DNA of 64,000 bases from an uncultured Candidatus Saccharibacteria bacterium (GCA_964426735.1 CAYRRP010000003.1:13378-77377), one strand, 5' to 3'; numbered from the stretch's first letter, positions 22,594 to 31,645 are shown. Translations and numbers: made by a program. The notes: generated by a model from the letters alone, not told the origin.

Positions 22594-23061
22594 ATGAAAA
22601 AAACAATGATCTTAATCGTACTACTTGTATTACTTGCTAGTGAAGGTTTTTACATCTTCAACACAAGAACCACTCCTCCTCCATCACTTCCACAGAACAT
22701 AACAACACTGACCTACACAGACACAACACACAACTTTAGTCTCGAACTACCTAAAGACTGGAAAGGATATACTCTAGTACCGGGAACTATACAATTTGGA
22801 GAAATAATCACTCTCCGTCATCCACTGTGGACCAAGGAGAATCCATACATGGACATCCCTATCCTTATATATCCAATCGCACAATGGCAAGTATGGGAGA
22901 AAAATAATTTTGAAGGCTACCCTACCGCAGCACCAATGGGTCCAACCGAGCGAGGAAGAAATGCAAAGTATGTATTTGCAACCGCTCCTCGATATAACTA
23001 CAGTTTTGCACCTGGTTGGGAGACAGTGGATACAATTGTTGAAAGCTTAAAAGGTTTCTAA
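22594..23061 (+). CDS. Membrane-anchored or secreted hypothetical protein
   Basis: N-terminal TM, FSLELPKDW motif. Confidence 0.7.
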   Translation: MKKTMILIVLLVLLASEGFYIFNTRTTPPPSLPQNITTLTYTDTTHNFSLELPKDWKGYTLVPGTIQFGEIITLRHPLWTKENPYMDIPILIYPIAQWQVWEKNNFEGYPTAAPMGPTERGRNAKYVFATAPRYNYSFAPGWETVDTIVESLKGF

Positions 23062-23127
23062 CCTATCCAATTTATATTAAAAAATGAAATCCCTTCCGTG
23101 CTCTGACCACGAAAGGGATTTTGAAAA

Positions 23128-23910
23128 CTATTTACGAACCAAATTGATGGATTCTAACAGGAAAGCTTTTGCCATCTCCTCGTCCATAGGATCAAGAGCG
23201 TTGCCACTAGGTCGAAGCCAGCTCTGAGCGTCGAAGCTCAGTTTTCGATATTTTCGGACCAGATCCTTAATTGGATCCAACCTTCCTGGACCAAGACCAC
23301 CAGCCACCACAACATCAAGCCACGGAAGTTGCCCGTAAATTTGCTCAATAAAAGGTTCAAGGAAACCAGGATGCAGCTTCTGCCCTGTCCCCATACTCAA
23401 ATCAAGAAGTACATGCGTCACAACCCCCTCGTAGGACCGAAGCCTACGAACAAGTTCGTGAGGATTATCGTTGATTTCCTTAAATGCATCTTTTCCCACC
23501 TGAAGGATCACCTCTAGATCGGTTTTAACAGACTCTCGAATTGCACCGGCAATCGCCTTCTCGTCTGGCCAAATCATGTCGAGTTGGAGTGCATTCATAC
23601 CCATACCACCGAAACCAATAGCTCTTTCCAAATCACATTGAATTGCAGGATCTTCGCGATAATCAGCATAGTGAAGACAGTTCATTGTCTCAGGGGATTG
23701 AAGGTAGAAAATATCCTTAATCTTCTCATTCTTTGGAACTGCACTTGTCCATTTACATGTAATTCCACGGAGAGTCTTATTCGTCATCATAACCCCAATA
23801 TGAAATCTTCGGTTAAGACCCAGTGGTTGGTTTCCGTACCAGAAGCTGAGCATACGCTCGACTTGATCTGGATTCATAAAATCATTCACTCCAATATAAG
23901 GAGTCGCCAT
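23128..23910 (-). CDS. TIM-barrel protein, TrpF/PRAI-like C-terminus
   Basis: LQLD, VLLDLSMGTG, VAGGLGP, SFDAQSWLR; SD gaggtg. Confidence 0.6.
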   Translation of the reverse strand: MATPYIGVNDFMNPDQVERMLSFWYGNQPLGLNRRFHIGVMMTNKTLRGITCKWTSAVPKNEKIKDIFYLQSPETMNCLHYADYREDPAIQCDLERAIGFGGMGMNALQLDMIWPDEKAIAGAIRESVKTDLEVILQVGKDAFKEINDNPHELVRRLRSYEGVVTHVLLDLSMGTGQKLHPGFLEPFIEQIYGQLPWLDVVVAGGLGPGRLDPIKDLVRKYRKLSFDAQSWLRPSGNALDPMDEEMAKAFLLESINLVRK

Positions 23911-23972
23911 CTAATTTTCACCTCTCTCTACCCTAGAGTCTACTTATTTTTTGACACAAGTCCAGATTGATT

Positions 23973-24635
23973 TCATTTCCAATCAATTTCAGGAAGATTG
24001 TGTTTCTTCAAGTATTCATTTGCCTTACTAAAGTGCCTACACCCAAAAAATCCACTGTACGCTGAAAATGGAGACGGATGTGCTGCTTCGAGTACGAGAT
24101 GTTTGCTGCGATCAATAATTTTTCCTTTTTCTTTTGCATAGTTTCCCCACAAAAGGAACACGAGATGTTCTTTTTGTTCTGAAAGTGCTTGTACTGCTTT
24201 GTCAGTAAAATTCTCCCACCCTACTTTCTGATGTGAACCTGGAGAGGATGCTCGCACTGTCAGTGTTGCATTAAGGAGAAGTACTCCCTGTGAAGCCCAA
24301 CGCGAAAGATCTCCATCACGAAGTGGAGTTACACCAATATCACTTTCAATTTCCTTGAAAATATTCTGGAGTGATGGAGGAAGTGGTATTCCCGTATGCA
24401 CAGCAAATGACAAGCCATTCGCCTGCCGTGCACCATGATACGGGTCTTGTCCGAGAACTACTACTTTCACCTCATCAAAAGGACACAAATCAAATGCACG
24501 AAAAATATCCTTTGGTGGTGGGTAAACTACAGACGAAGCGTATTCTTTTTTTACAAAAGCTGAAAGGGTTTTGAAATATGTTTTTTCTACTTCGTCCCTT
24601 AAAACCTTTTTCCACGATTCTTCTATTTTTAACAT
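23973..24635 (-). CDS. ung: Uracil-DNA glycosylase family 1
   Basis: GQDPYH, PPSL, LLLN, HPSPFS. Confidence 0.97.
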   Translation of the reverse strand: MLKIEESWKKVLRDEVEKTYFKTLSAFVKKEYASSVVYPPPKDIFRAFDLCPFDEVKVVVLGQDPYHGARQANGLSFAVHTGIPLPPSLQNIFKEIESDIGVTPLRDGDLSRWASQGVLLLNATLTVRASSPGSHQKVGWENFTDKAVQALSEQKEHLVFLLWGNYAKEKGKIIDRSKHLVLEAAHPSPFSAYSGFFGCRHFSKANEYLKKHNLPEIDWK

Positions 24636-24659
24636 AGTATTTCTGCTATATTATATCGT

Positions 24660-24917
24660 ATGAATATAAAAACAATTATTATTGTATGTATCCTTATTGC
24701 TCTTGTTGCCACTGGATATATCTTTTATCCTAAAAAACCCACAGTGAATCCTATCGTTCCAGGACGAAATGATGACAGCACCTTTTGTACCGCTGACGCA
24801 AAAGAATGTCCTGACGGATCATATGTGGGTCGCCAAGGACCAAACTGTGAATTCGCAGAATGTCCACCTGTAGTAAAAAAGAATCCTCCTGAACCAGGCA
24901 CACCAGAGCTTGAATAA
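24660..24917 (+). CDS. Small TM-anchored Cys-motif protein
   Basis: CTADAKECPDGSYVGRQGPNCEFAECP disulfide-rich motif. Confidence 0.75.
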   Translation: MNIKTIIIVCILIALVATGYIFYPKKPTVNPIVPGRNDDSTFCTADAKECPDGSYVGRQGPNCEFAECPPVVKKNPPEPGTPELE

Positions 24918-24952
24918 CAATACACCACCGATACTATCGGTGGTGTATTGTT
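24916..24952. terminator. Bidirectional terminator
   Basis: aacaatacaccaccgata-c-tatcggtggtgtattgtt between convergent genes. Confidence 0.8.
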
Positions 24953-25701
24953 TACTTGCAATGTTCTACAAAGTAAATCATTGCCTCTCTCATAAACTCA
25001 GCCATGCGCGAATGGTATTTATTCAAGTTCTTTTTGAATCGCTCATCTGCGACATACATTTCTGCCAAACCTCGATACATCTCCAGATTTGGTTCGTAGA
25101 AGGTACGAAGTGAATTGTAGTGCTCTGCGATCATGGCTTGCACCTCTTTATCCTCAGGACCTTTTGGTATCAGGGTCGCGAGTTTTTTCATAAAGACATC
25201 GCCTTGTTCGGCAATTCTTTTATAATCTTCTTTAGTCCAGTTCTTGGTGCGTTCTTTAGATTGTTTCCAGGCATCAGTATTCCCCCATCGCTCTTTGGCT
25301 TCTGCTTCATAACTTTCCATCTCTTCTTTAGTGAGACCTCCATAGAGCTCCTCATCTTTCATTTCTTTTTTATCGTTCATAGATTTAATTGTTTTATCCA
25401 CCGTAGCTAATAATTTCTCGATTCTTTTTTTCTTGAGTGTGAACATATGTCTCTGATCCAACAGCGCTTTTTTTGGATCATAGGTTTTAGAGAGCATCAT
25501 CTTTTTAATATCTTCAAGACTAAACTCGAGCTCTTTGAAAAAGAGAATCTGCTGAAGCCGTACGAGCTCAGCTTTTGTGTAATATCGGTATCCATTCGAC
25601 TTTGTGAATGCAGGCGACAAAAGCCCGATTTCATCGTAGTAATGAAGTGTCCGGACAGAAACCGATGCTAATGTCGCTAATTGTTGAATGGTGTATACCA
25701 T
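24952..25701 (-). CDS. MerR family regulator with TipAS domain (Mta/TipA-like)
   Basis: VRTLHYYDEIGLL HTH; EAKERWG...YVADERF. Confidence 0.93.
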   Translation of the reverse strand: MVYTIQQLATLASVSVRTLHYYDEIGLLSPAFTKSNGYRYYTKAELVRLQQILFFKELEFSLEDIKKMMLSKTYDPKKALLDQRHMFTLKKKRIEKLLATVDKTIKSMNDKKEMKDEELYGGLTKEEMESYEAEAKERWGNTDAWKQSKERTKNWTKEDYKRIAEQGDVFMKKLATLIPKGPEDKEVQAMIAEHYNSLRTFYEPNLEMYRGLAEMYVADERFKKNLNKYHSRMAEFMREAMIYFVEHCK

Positions 25702-25715
25702 AATCTTACTACTCT

Positions 25716-25746
25716 AGCATAAACTATGACGTAACGTAATAGTCAA
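25716..25746 (-). promoter_or_regulatory. MerR-type promoter/operator
   Basis: TTGACT-19 bp-TATGCT with dyad actattacgt-t-acgtcatagt. Confidence 0.8.
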
Positions 25747-25752
25747 GAGACT

Positions 25753-25863
25753 AGCCTCTTCATATAGACCTTTTTGGAGCACGGATATTTTTCTGCTGAA
25801 AAATTCCTCAAGTCTCGGCTACCCGCCTTGCGAAGTCTCCAAAAAGCTCTACATGAAGAGGCT
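25753..25863. repeat. Long branched inverted repeat
   Basis: agcctcttcatatagacctttttggag...ctccaaaaagctctacatgaagaggct. Confidence 0.7.
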
Positions 25864-25910
25864 TTCATACTCATTGATTTCCGTTATTAAGATAAGATAC
25901 ACTTCCCTGT

Positions 25911-26762
25911 ATGAACTTGGGTCAATTCAAAAAAACTATTTGGGACTATTATAAAAAGAATGGCCGGCACGATTTGCCGTGGCGTCCGCCTACACTAAAG
26001 TTTCTGCGCGATAAAAAAACACTCGATCCGTACAAGATTCTTATTTCAGAAGTCATGCTCCAACAAACTCAAGTACCGAGAGTGATCGAGAAATACAAAA
26101 GTTTTTTGAAAAAGTTTCCGACTGTGGAAGTGCTTGCAAAAGCATCACTCAAAGATGTACTCCTGGAGTGGCAAGGACTTGGGTACAATCGCCGGGCAAA
26201 GTATTTGAAACTCTGTGCAGAAAAAGTGGTTAATACTTTTAATGGAACATTTCCTAGGGATTTCAAAACACTTACTACTCTTCCAGGCATCGGTCCGGCA
26301 ACCGCAGGCGACATTCTCGCTTTTGCATACAACATTCCTGTCCCCGTCATCGAAACCAACATCCGCTCTGTATTCATCCACTTCTTTTTCCCCGAGGGTA
26401 CCCCTCGGGGAGTTCACGATCGTGATTTGTTACCAATTATTGAAAAGACACTACCAACTTTGCCCTATATCAGACACAGGGGCATTAGAGAATGGTACTG
26501 GGCACTTTTTGACTATGGCGCATTCCTGAAGCAGACTCGAAACCCGAATACCCAGAGCAAACACTATGTGAAGCAGTCCTCTTTCAAAGGATCAAACCGA
26601 GAGAAACGTTCGCAGATTTTAAAATTAATTTTGACGGGAGGAAAAAGTGAAAAAGAAATTATGAAAGCGCTCGGATACGAGAGTGACGTGGTGCAGAAAA
26701 ACCTAGAACAAATGCTAAAAGAAAATTTAATTAAAAAAGAGAAAGGTAAATTTTTTGTATAA
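25911..26762 (+). CDS. mutY: A/G-specific adenine glycosylase, Fe-S-less type
   Basis: LPWR, SEVMLQQTQV, WQGLGYNRRA, LPGIGPATA HhH; no Cys cluster. Confidence 0.88.
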   Translation: MNLGQFKKTIWDYYKKNGRHDLPWRPPTLKFLRDKKTLDPYKILISEVMLQQTQVPRVIEKYKSFLKKFPTVEVLAKASLKDVLLEWQGLGYNRRAKYLKLCAEKVVNTFNGTFPRDFKTLTTLPGIGPATAGDILAFAYNIPVPVIETNIRSVFIHFFFPEGTPRGVHDRDLLPIIEKTLPTLPYIRHRGIREWYWALFDYGAFLKQTRNPNTQSKHYVKQSSFKGSNREKRSQILKLILTGGKSEKEIMKALGYESDVVQKNLEQMLKENLIKKEKGKFFV

Positions 26763-26823
26763 GAAAAGAGAACCATATTACAGGTTCTCCATTTTTTTAT
26801 CTCATATTTTTTATATCAGAATA

Positions 26824-26950
26824 CAGACTATCGCCCTTCGCCAGCGCTTGCGCATCGGCGGCCGACCAGACAGGGTCGGCGACTGTGGTCTGCGTTCGCT
26901 TTCGCGACGCTCGCCCTACGTCGTTGACCGGACGTAGACGGTTGGGCTAA
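26824..26950 (-). ncRNA. Candidate GC-rich structured RNA, unassigned
   Basis: Four GC-rich hairpins, two capped by GAAA and GCAA tetraloops on the minus strand. Confidence 0.5.
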
Positions 26951-26960
26951 ACTCTCTGGA

Positions 26961-27221
26961 CTAACGACTCTGACGAGTACGCATGGTCCACAGGGTCTTA
27001 CGTAAGGCTCTGCCCGTGAAGTCCCAAACTCGTTGAGGTTCGGAAGCAAACACGACCCAAAAAATCTCGTCACCGTCCGCATCGCGGCTGGTTAAACCCG
27101 ATTCTCTGGCAAGAGCCATAACGTCCTTCGCCTTTTCACCCCCTTCGACAACAACGACCTGATGGCCGTTGATTCCTTTATTTCTAGGGAAGGTTGCGAC
27201 TGGGCTATAGTCTGTATACAC
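26961..27221 (-). CDS. Orphan protein (cassette type)
   Basis: GTG start, SD aaggag, TTGACA-16-TAATAT promoter. Confidence 0.65.
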   Translation of the reverse strand: MYTDYSPVATFPRNKGINGHQVVVVEGGEKAKDVMALARESGLTSRDADGDEIFWVVFASEPQRVWDFTGRALRKTLWTMRTRQSR

Positions 27222-27315
27222 CTTGAACTCCTTTCTGTGATTAATATTAACATACTATATTTTTTTGTCAAGTACTTTTTTATACCACTATAAACCGCTA
27301 TACTGAGGGCTATAT

Positions 27316-29478
27316 ATGAACCCGCTTTCCCTCATCGAAAAAGAAATACGTGTACTCGATGCACACAGACGAGCTCTTCATAAGCTTGGCATACGTACCG
27401 TCGAAGATATGCTCTATCACTTCCCTGTGCGCTATGGCGACACGGCGGAAATCAAAAATATTCAAAGCCTCACTCCTGGCGAAGACGCAGTGGTGTTTGG
27501 AAGAATCTCAGGACTTAAAACAAGTAAAGCGTTTGTCAAAAAGACGCCGATGTCTGATGCTACACTTTCGGACGAAACAGGTCGTATCAAGATTGTATGG
27601 TTCAACCAACCATACATCGCAAAGATGCTCTCTGATGGGGCGATAGTGCGCGTCCAAGGAAAAGTAACGCTGCGAAAAAAAGATGAGAGTCTCTATTTTT
27701 CAAACCCGAAAATAGAGATTGCAAATAAAATACCGACAGGTGTCGGCTCAAGTCTTTTTGGTGCTGACGGAGAGGAACACAACCTCTACCCCGTATATCC
27801 CGAAAGCAAAGGAGTGACTTCAAACTGGATGTATCATGCAGTCGAGCGTATTTTTAAATCAGGCACCCTTGATCTGCTCCCTGACCCACTTCCGCAATAT
27901 CTCCTTGATACGTATCACCTCCCCGATCTTAAGACTGCGATGATTTGGATCCATGCTCCCAAAAAAGAGTCGGACGCGATAGCGGCGCGCAAGCGTTTTG
28001 CCTTTCAGGAAATATTTACGATCCACTTACGCAAAGAACAAGAAAAACTCACCTGGCAGAAAAACCAGGCGTTTGTGATAAACACCAACAAGAAAAAAGT
28101 TATGGAATTCATGAAAACATTTCCCTTTGAAGCAACTGACGCTCAGAAAAAAGCAATCGACACGGTACTTTCTGACTTTACTCGAGGCTTTCCGATGTCT
28201 CGCCTTCTCGAAGGAGATGTGGGTTCTGGGAAAACTGCAGTTGCAGCAGCGACTGTGTTTTCAGTCGTCACCTCTCGACCAAATGGAAAGGACTTCGGAA
28301 ATCTCCAGGTTGCCTACATGGCTCCGACTGAAATCCTTGCAAAGCAGCAGTTTGAAAACTTCATCGCTTTCTTTCGAGGCACCGGAATTCAAGTTGGTCT
28401 CATTACCGGAAGTGGTTGTAAAAAGTTTCCATCTAAAACCGATCCATCATCATCGACTTCAATTTCTAAAGCCCAGCTTTTGAAATGGATTAAGAATGGA
28501 GAGATACCTATCGTAGTCGGTACTCATGCGCTTGTCTACAAAAGTGTAGAGTTCAAACACCTTGCCTTTGCGGTGATCGACGAGCAACATCGCTTCGGAA
28601 CACTCCAGAGACAAAAGCTCACAACAAAAAATGATCTCGCACCCCACCTGCTTTCAATGACTGCAACTCCAATCCCTCGCACACTTTCCCTCACCCTCTA
28701 CGGTGATCTTGACCTTTCAATTCTTGATCAAATGCCAGTCGGACGAAAACCAATCATCAGCAAGATAGTGTTGCCACACGAGCGAACATCGACCTATGAA
28801 GAAATTAAAAAAGAACTTCGTGCAGGAAGACAACTTTATGTCATCTGTCCTCGTATCGAAGAAGTAGACCCGACCAAAGAAAATGCAGTGATAGCAAAGT
28901 CAGTGACTGAAGAAGCAAAACGTCTCAAAGCAGAAGTATTCCAGGATTGGAGTATTGGAATACTCCACAGCAAAATGACACCCGGCGATAAAGAAAAAGT
29001 GATGAGTGAATTTGCCGAACATAAAACAGATATTTTGGTTGCAACGTCGGTGGTGGAAGTGGGAGTTAATGTCCCAAATGCCACAATGATTATCATTGAA
29101 GGTGCAGAGCGTTTCGGACTTTCTCAACTTCATCAACTCCGTGGACGCGTGATCCGCTCAAACCACCAAGCATACTGTTATGTCTTTACTGAAAGCACCG
29201 GAGAAAAGACAAAAGAGCGTATGAAAGCGCTGGTTACCGCCAAAAATGGTTTCGAGCTCGCAGAGTTTGACCTCCAAGCACGTGGTGCAGGACAACTCTA
29301 CGGACAAAAACAATGGGGTGTTGGAGATTTGGCGATGGAAGCATTGCAAAATATTAAACTTGTGGAAGCGAGCCGTACTGAAGCACGAAAACTTGTGACT
29401 GATGACCCTGATTTAAAAAAATATCCCCTCCTCAAACAAATCATCGAGTCTGAAGTAGATAAAATACACTTTGAATAA
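27316..29478 (+). CDS. recG: ATP-dependent DNA helicase RecG
   Basis: GDVGSGKT, DEQHRFG, TATPIPRT, QLHQLRGRV. Confidence 0.97.
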   Translation: MNPLSLIEKEIRVLDAHRRALHKLGIRTVEDMLYHFPVRYGDTAEIKNIQSLTPGEDAVVFGRISGLKTSKAFVKKTPMSDATLSDETGRIKIVWFNQPYIAKMLSDGAIVRVQGKVTLRKKDESLYFSNPKIEIANKIPTGVGSSLFGADGEEHNLYPVYPESKGVTSNWMYHAVERIFKSGTLDLLPDPLPQYLLDTYHLPDLKTAMIWIHAPKKESDAIAARKRFAFQEIFTIHLRKEQEKLTWQKNQAFVINTNKKKVMEFMKTFPFEATDAQKKAIDTVLSDFTRGFPMSRLLEGDVGSGKTAVAAATVFSVVTSRPNGKDFGNLQVAYMAPTEILAKQQFENFIAFFRGTGIQVGLITGSGCKKFPSKTDPSSSTSISKAQLLKWIKNGEIPIVVGTHALVYKSVEFKHLAFAVIDEQHRFGTLQRQKLTTKNDLAPHLLSMTATPIPRTLSLTLYGDLDLSILDQMPVGRKPIISKIVLPHERTSTYEEIKKELRAGRQLYVICPRIEEVDPTKENAVIAKSVTEEAKRLKAEVFQDWSIGILHSKMTPGDKEKVMSEFAEHKTDILVATSVVEVGVNVPNATMIIIEGAERFGLSQLHQLRGRVIRSNHQAYCYVFTESTGEKTKERMKALVTAKNGFELAEFDLQARGAGQLYGQKQWGVGDLAMEALQNIKLVEASRTEARKLVTDDPDLKKYPLLKQIIESEVDKIHFE

Positions 29479-29551
29479 ATAAGAAACCGCCGTGTCTGAA
29501 AAACTCGGCGGTTATACAATCTAAAATCATTGATTGGTTGTTTAGTTCACA

Positions 29552-29896
29552 TTAGTTTACTGTAACTTTTTTAGCACCTTCGATAAAATTGAGTGCCTCA
29601 GCTATCATTTCCATGTCAAGCTCAAATCCAGGTATTTCACAATGAGCTTCGTTTAGATTCATAATGACTGTTTGCACTTCAGGTATAACTAACTCATCTG
29701 CATCTGGCAACAGAGATGCATCAATTTGAGAACGAAGTATTTTCGCATCTGCTGGTGTGATAACGGAATGCTTAAGTCCACTTTCAACCATATATCGTGC
29801 GTAAGGTTTAGACCAGACTACAAAATACTCACCTGTCGAGTTAGTAATCTTGGCAAAACGGCCACAAGATGAGACCTCTAATTTTGCTAATCCCAT
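29552..29896 (-). CDS. Orphan protein (cassette type)
   Basis: 114-aa ORF, SD aaggaag, follows the recG terminator convergently. Confidence 0.65.
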   Translation of the reverse strand: MGLAKLEVSSCGRFAKITNSTGEYFVVWSKPYARYMVESGLKHSVITPADAKILRSQIDASLLPDADELVIPEVQTVIMNLNEAHCEIPGFELDMEMIAEALNFIEGAKKVTVN

Positions 29897-29971
29897 TTGA
29901 CATCTTCCTTTCCAAATTGAACACTAATGTATTTTTTGAAAAAGCACAAGAGTATGATATACATATCATTC

Positions 29972-30817
29972 ATGCATTTTAGAATTCTCAAAAAAATTGG
30001 ATTTGTTCTTTTAATTATCTTCGCACTTATCGGCGCAGGTTTTACAGGAATGTATTTTGCAATCAAATGGGGCTGGACAAATACTCGCGGAGCGATTGAT
30101 ATGCAACGTGATGCATTTCTTCAAAGCGGCAAAGCTCAGACTGCAAATGTTATCGGAGCTACTCCGGAAAAAAAATATTGGCAAACCACAGAAGAATGGT
30201 ACGTGTTGAAAAATGCACTCACGAAAGACAAAGCAGTCCTCTATAGAGCAGCGTCAGCGTCTGGTGTATCCCCTCGCCTTATCGCATCACAGCTTGTAGT
30301 AGAACAACTTCGCATGTTTAATTCAGATCGCGAATCATACAAAAAGTTTTTTTCACCACTAAAGATTCTTGGTAGCCAGACTCAATTCTCTTGGGGCGTT
30401 ATGGGTATCAAACGCGAGACAGCACTGGTGATAGAAAAAAATCTCAAAGACACCGCCTCTCCGTATTACCTCGGTGCACAATACGAACACCTCCTTGATT
30501 TCCATACAACAGATATAGAAAACGAACGATTTGCTTTTATGACAAATCAGCATGATCACTATGGAAGCTACCTCTACGCAGGATTGTACTTACGACAATT
30601 TATGCAGCAATGGAAATCTGCAGGTTTTGATATATCAAAACGAGTAGATATTTTAGCCACACTCTATAACATCGGGTTTAATGGATCAAAACCAAATGCG
30701 AACCCACAGTCAGGTGGCGCACAAATCACAATCGGCAACAGAACATATAGCTTTGGCTCTCTTGCTCAAGAGTTTTATGATTCAAATGAACTTTTGGATG
30801 AGTTTCCGAGAAACTAA
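29972..30817 (+). CDS. Membrane-anchored protein, possible lysozyme-like fold
   Basis: N-terminal TM; VVEQ...SWGVMGIK...LATLYNIG resembles the lytic transglycosylase E / GxMQ / AYNxG layout. Confidence 0.55.
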   Translation: MHFRILKKIGFVLLIIFALIGAGFTGMYFAIKWGWTNTRGAIDMQRDAFLQSGKAQTANVIGATPEKKYWQTTEEWYVLKNALTKDKAVLYRAASASGVSPRLIASQLVVEQLRMFNSDRESYKKFFSPLKILGSQTQFSWGVMGIKRETALVIEKNLKDTASPYYLGAQYEHLLDFHTTDIENERFAFMTNQHDHYGSYLYAGLYLRQFMQQWKSAGFDISKRVDILATLYNIGFNGSKPNANPQSGGAQITIGNRTYSFGSLAQEFYDSNELLDEFPRN

Positions 30818-30843
30818 TTTAGTTTTGTGGTCACTCGAAAAAT

Positions 30844-30872
30844 TCCTCGACCTGGACTCGAACCAGGGACCA
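30844..30872 (-). pseudogene. Isolated tRNA 3' fragment (T-arm plus acceptor strand)
   Basis: ggtc-cctgg-ttcgagt-ccagg-tcgagga with no matching 5' half. Confidence 0.65.
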
Positions 30873-30894
30873 ATTTATTATGAAAATCTCAGAG

Positions 30895-30968
30895 TCCACC
30901 CACCACGACTCGAACGTGGGACCCCCGAGGTATAAGCTCGATGCTCTAACCAACTGAGCTATGGGTGG
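30895..30968 (-). tRNA. tRNA-Ile(TAT)
   Basis: CCACCCA/TGGGTGG acceptor, tcgag-ctTATac-ctcgg, A73. Confidence 0.9.
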
Positions 30969-30994
30969 ACTCTATTATTTTCAAAACAAAATCT

Positions 30995-31118
30995 ATATAA
31001 GCTCGAGTCACGAGTCAAAATCTACTGACTTTGCTTGCAACCCCGCCTCGCACCGTCGTGCTCCGGCCTTGCGAGCCGATAACATCGACTCTCACTCTAC
31101 CAACTGAGCTACACGCGG
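30995..31118 (-). pseudogene. tRNA 5' fragment interrupted by a structured insert
   Basis: ccgcgtg-ta-gctcagttggtagagt, ~85-nt hairpin-rich insert, then tcgagcttata matching the Ile(TAT) anticodon arm. Confidence 0.55.
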
Positions 31119-31156
31119 ATATGTTATAATTAAGACCAACTTAAAGTAACATAAAT

Positions 31157-31411
31157 ATGAACAAAAATAAACTTTGGTTTAAAGCAAAAATGTACGGATG
31201 GGGTTGGCAACCGACTTCATGGGAAGGATGGGCTGTGCTCGCACTCTATATTACAGCAATATGGATTAATGCTCGAAACATTGATTTCTATGCACATTCT
31301 GCAAGCGACACTCTTATCAATGGAGTGATCCCTTTGGTTATCAATACCATTTATTTACTGATTATTTGTTACTGTCGAGGTGAAAGACCTCGATGGAGAT
31401 GGGGTAAATGA
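31157..31411 (+). CDS. Small membrane protein
   Basis: WFKAKMYGWGWQPTSWEGW...GERPRWRWG with two TMs. Confidence 0.8.
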   Translation: MNKNKLWFKAKMYGWGWQPTSWEGWAVLALYITAIWINARNIDFYAHSASDTLINGVIPLVINTIYLLIICYCRGERPRWRWGK

Positions 31412-31459
31412 GATTAATACAAAAGCCTAGCGGACAAAGCTACATCCGCTAGGCTTTTT

Positions 31460-31645
31460 TTAGTTAATACCATCGACCGACACCTCGTCAATCGATTGAA
31501 ATTGTTTACCACAACTACGGCAAACAAAGACACCATCCCGAAAAAAGACTTCGCCGGCACAGTCCTCGCCCCGCCGGTATGGCTCAGCACAGAAACCAAT
31601 CCTTTCCATGCAATACCCAACGAGAGAGCCCTCGACAATGGTCAT
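31460..31645 (-). CDS. Small orphan Zn-ribbon-like protein (cassette type)
   Basis: SD aggagg, upstream TTGACA next to the ftsH terminator; C...C...CRSCG. Confidence 0.55.
   Translation of the reverse strand: MTIVEGSLVGYCMERIGFCAEPYRRGEDCAGEVFFRDGVFVCRSCGKQFQSIDEVSVDGIN

Noticed and set aside
26828-27082. Separate 84-aa gene
   Set aside because: It overlaps the SD-bearing 86-aa ORF, and its Arg/Ala/Ser-rich tail is explained by the GC-rich hairpins; a frameshift is not fully excluded.
30844-31118. One split tRNA-Asn with tRNA-Ile nested inside
   Set aside because: A GTT-containing loop exists, but in proper register the acceptor strands CCGCGTG and TCGAGGA do not pair.
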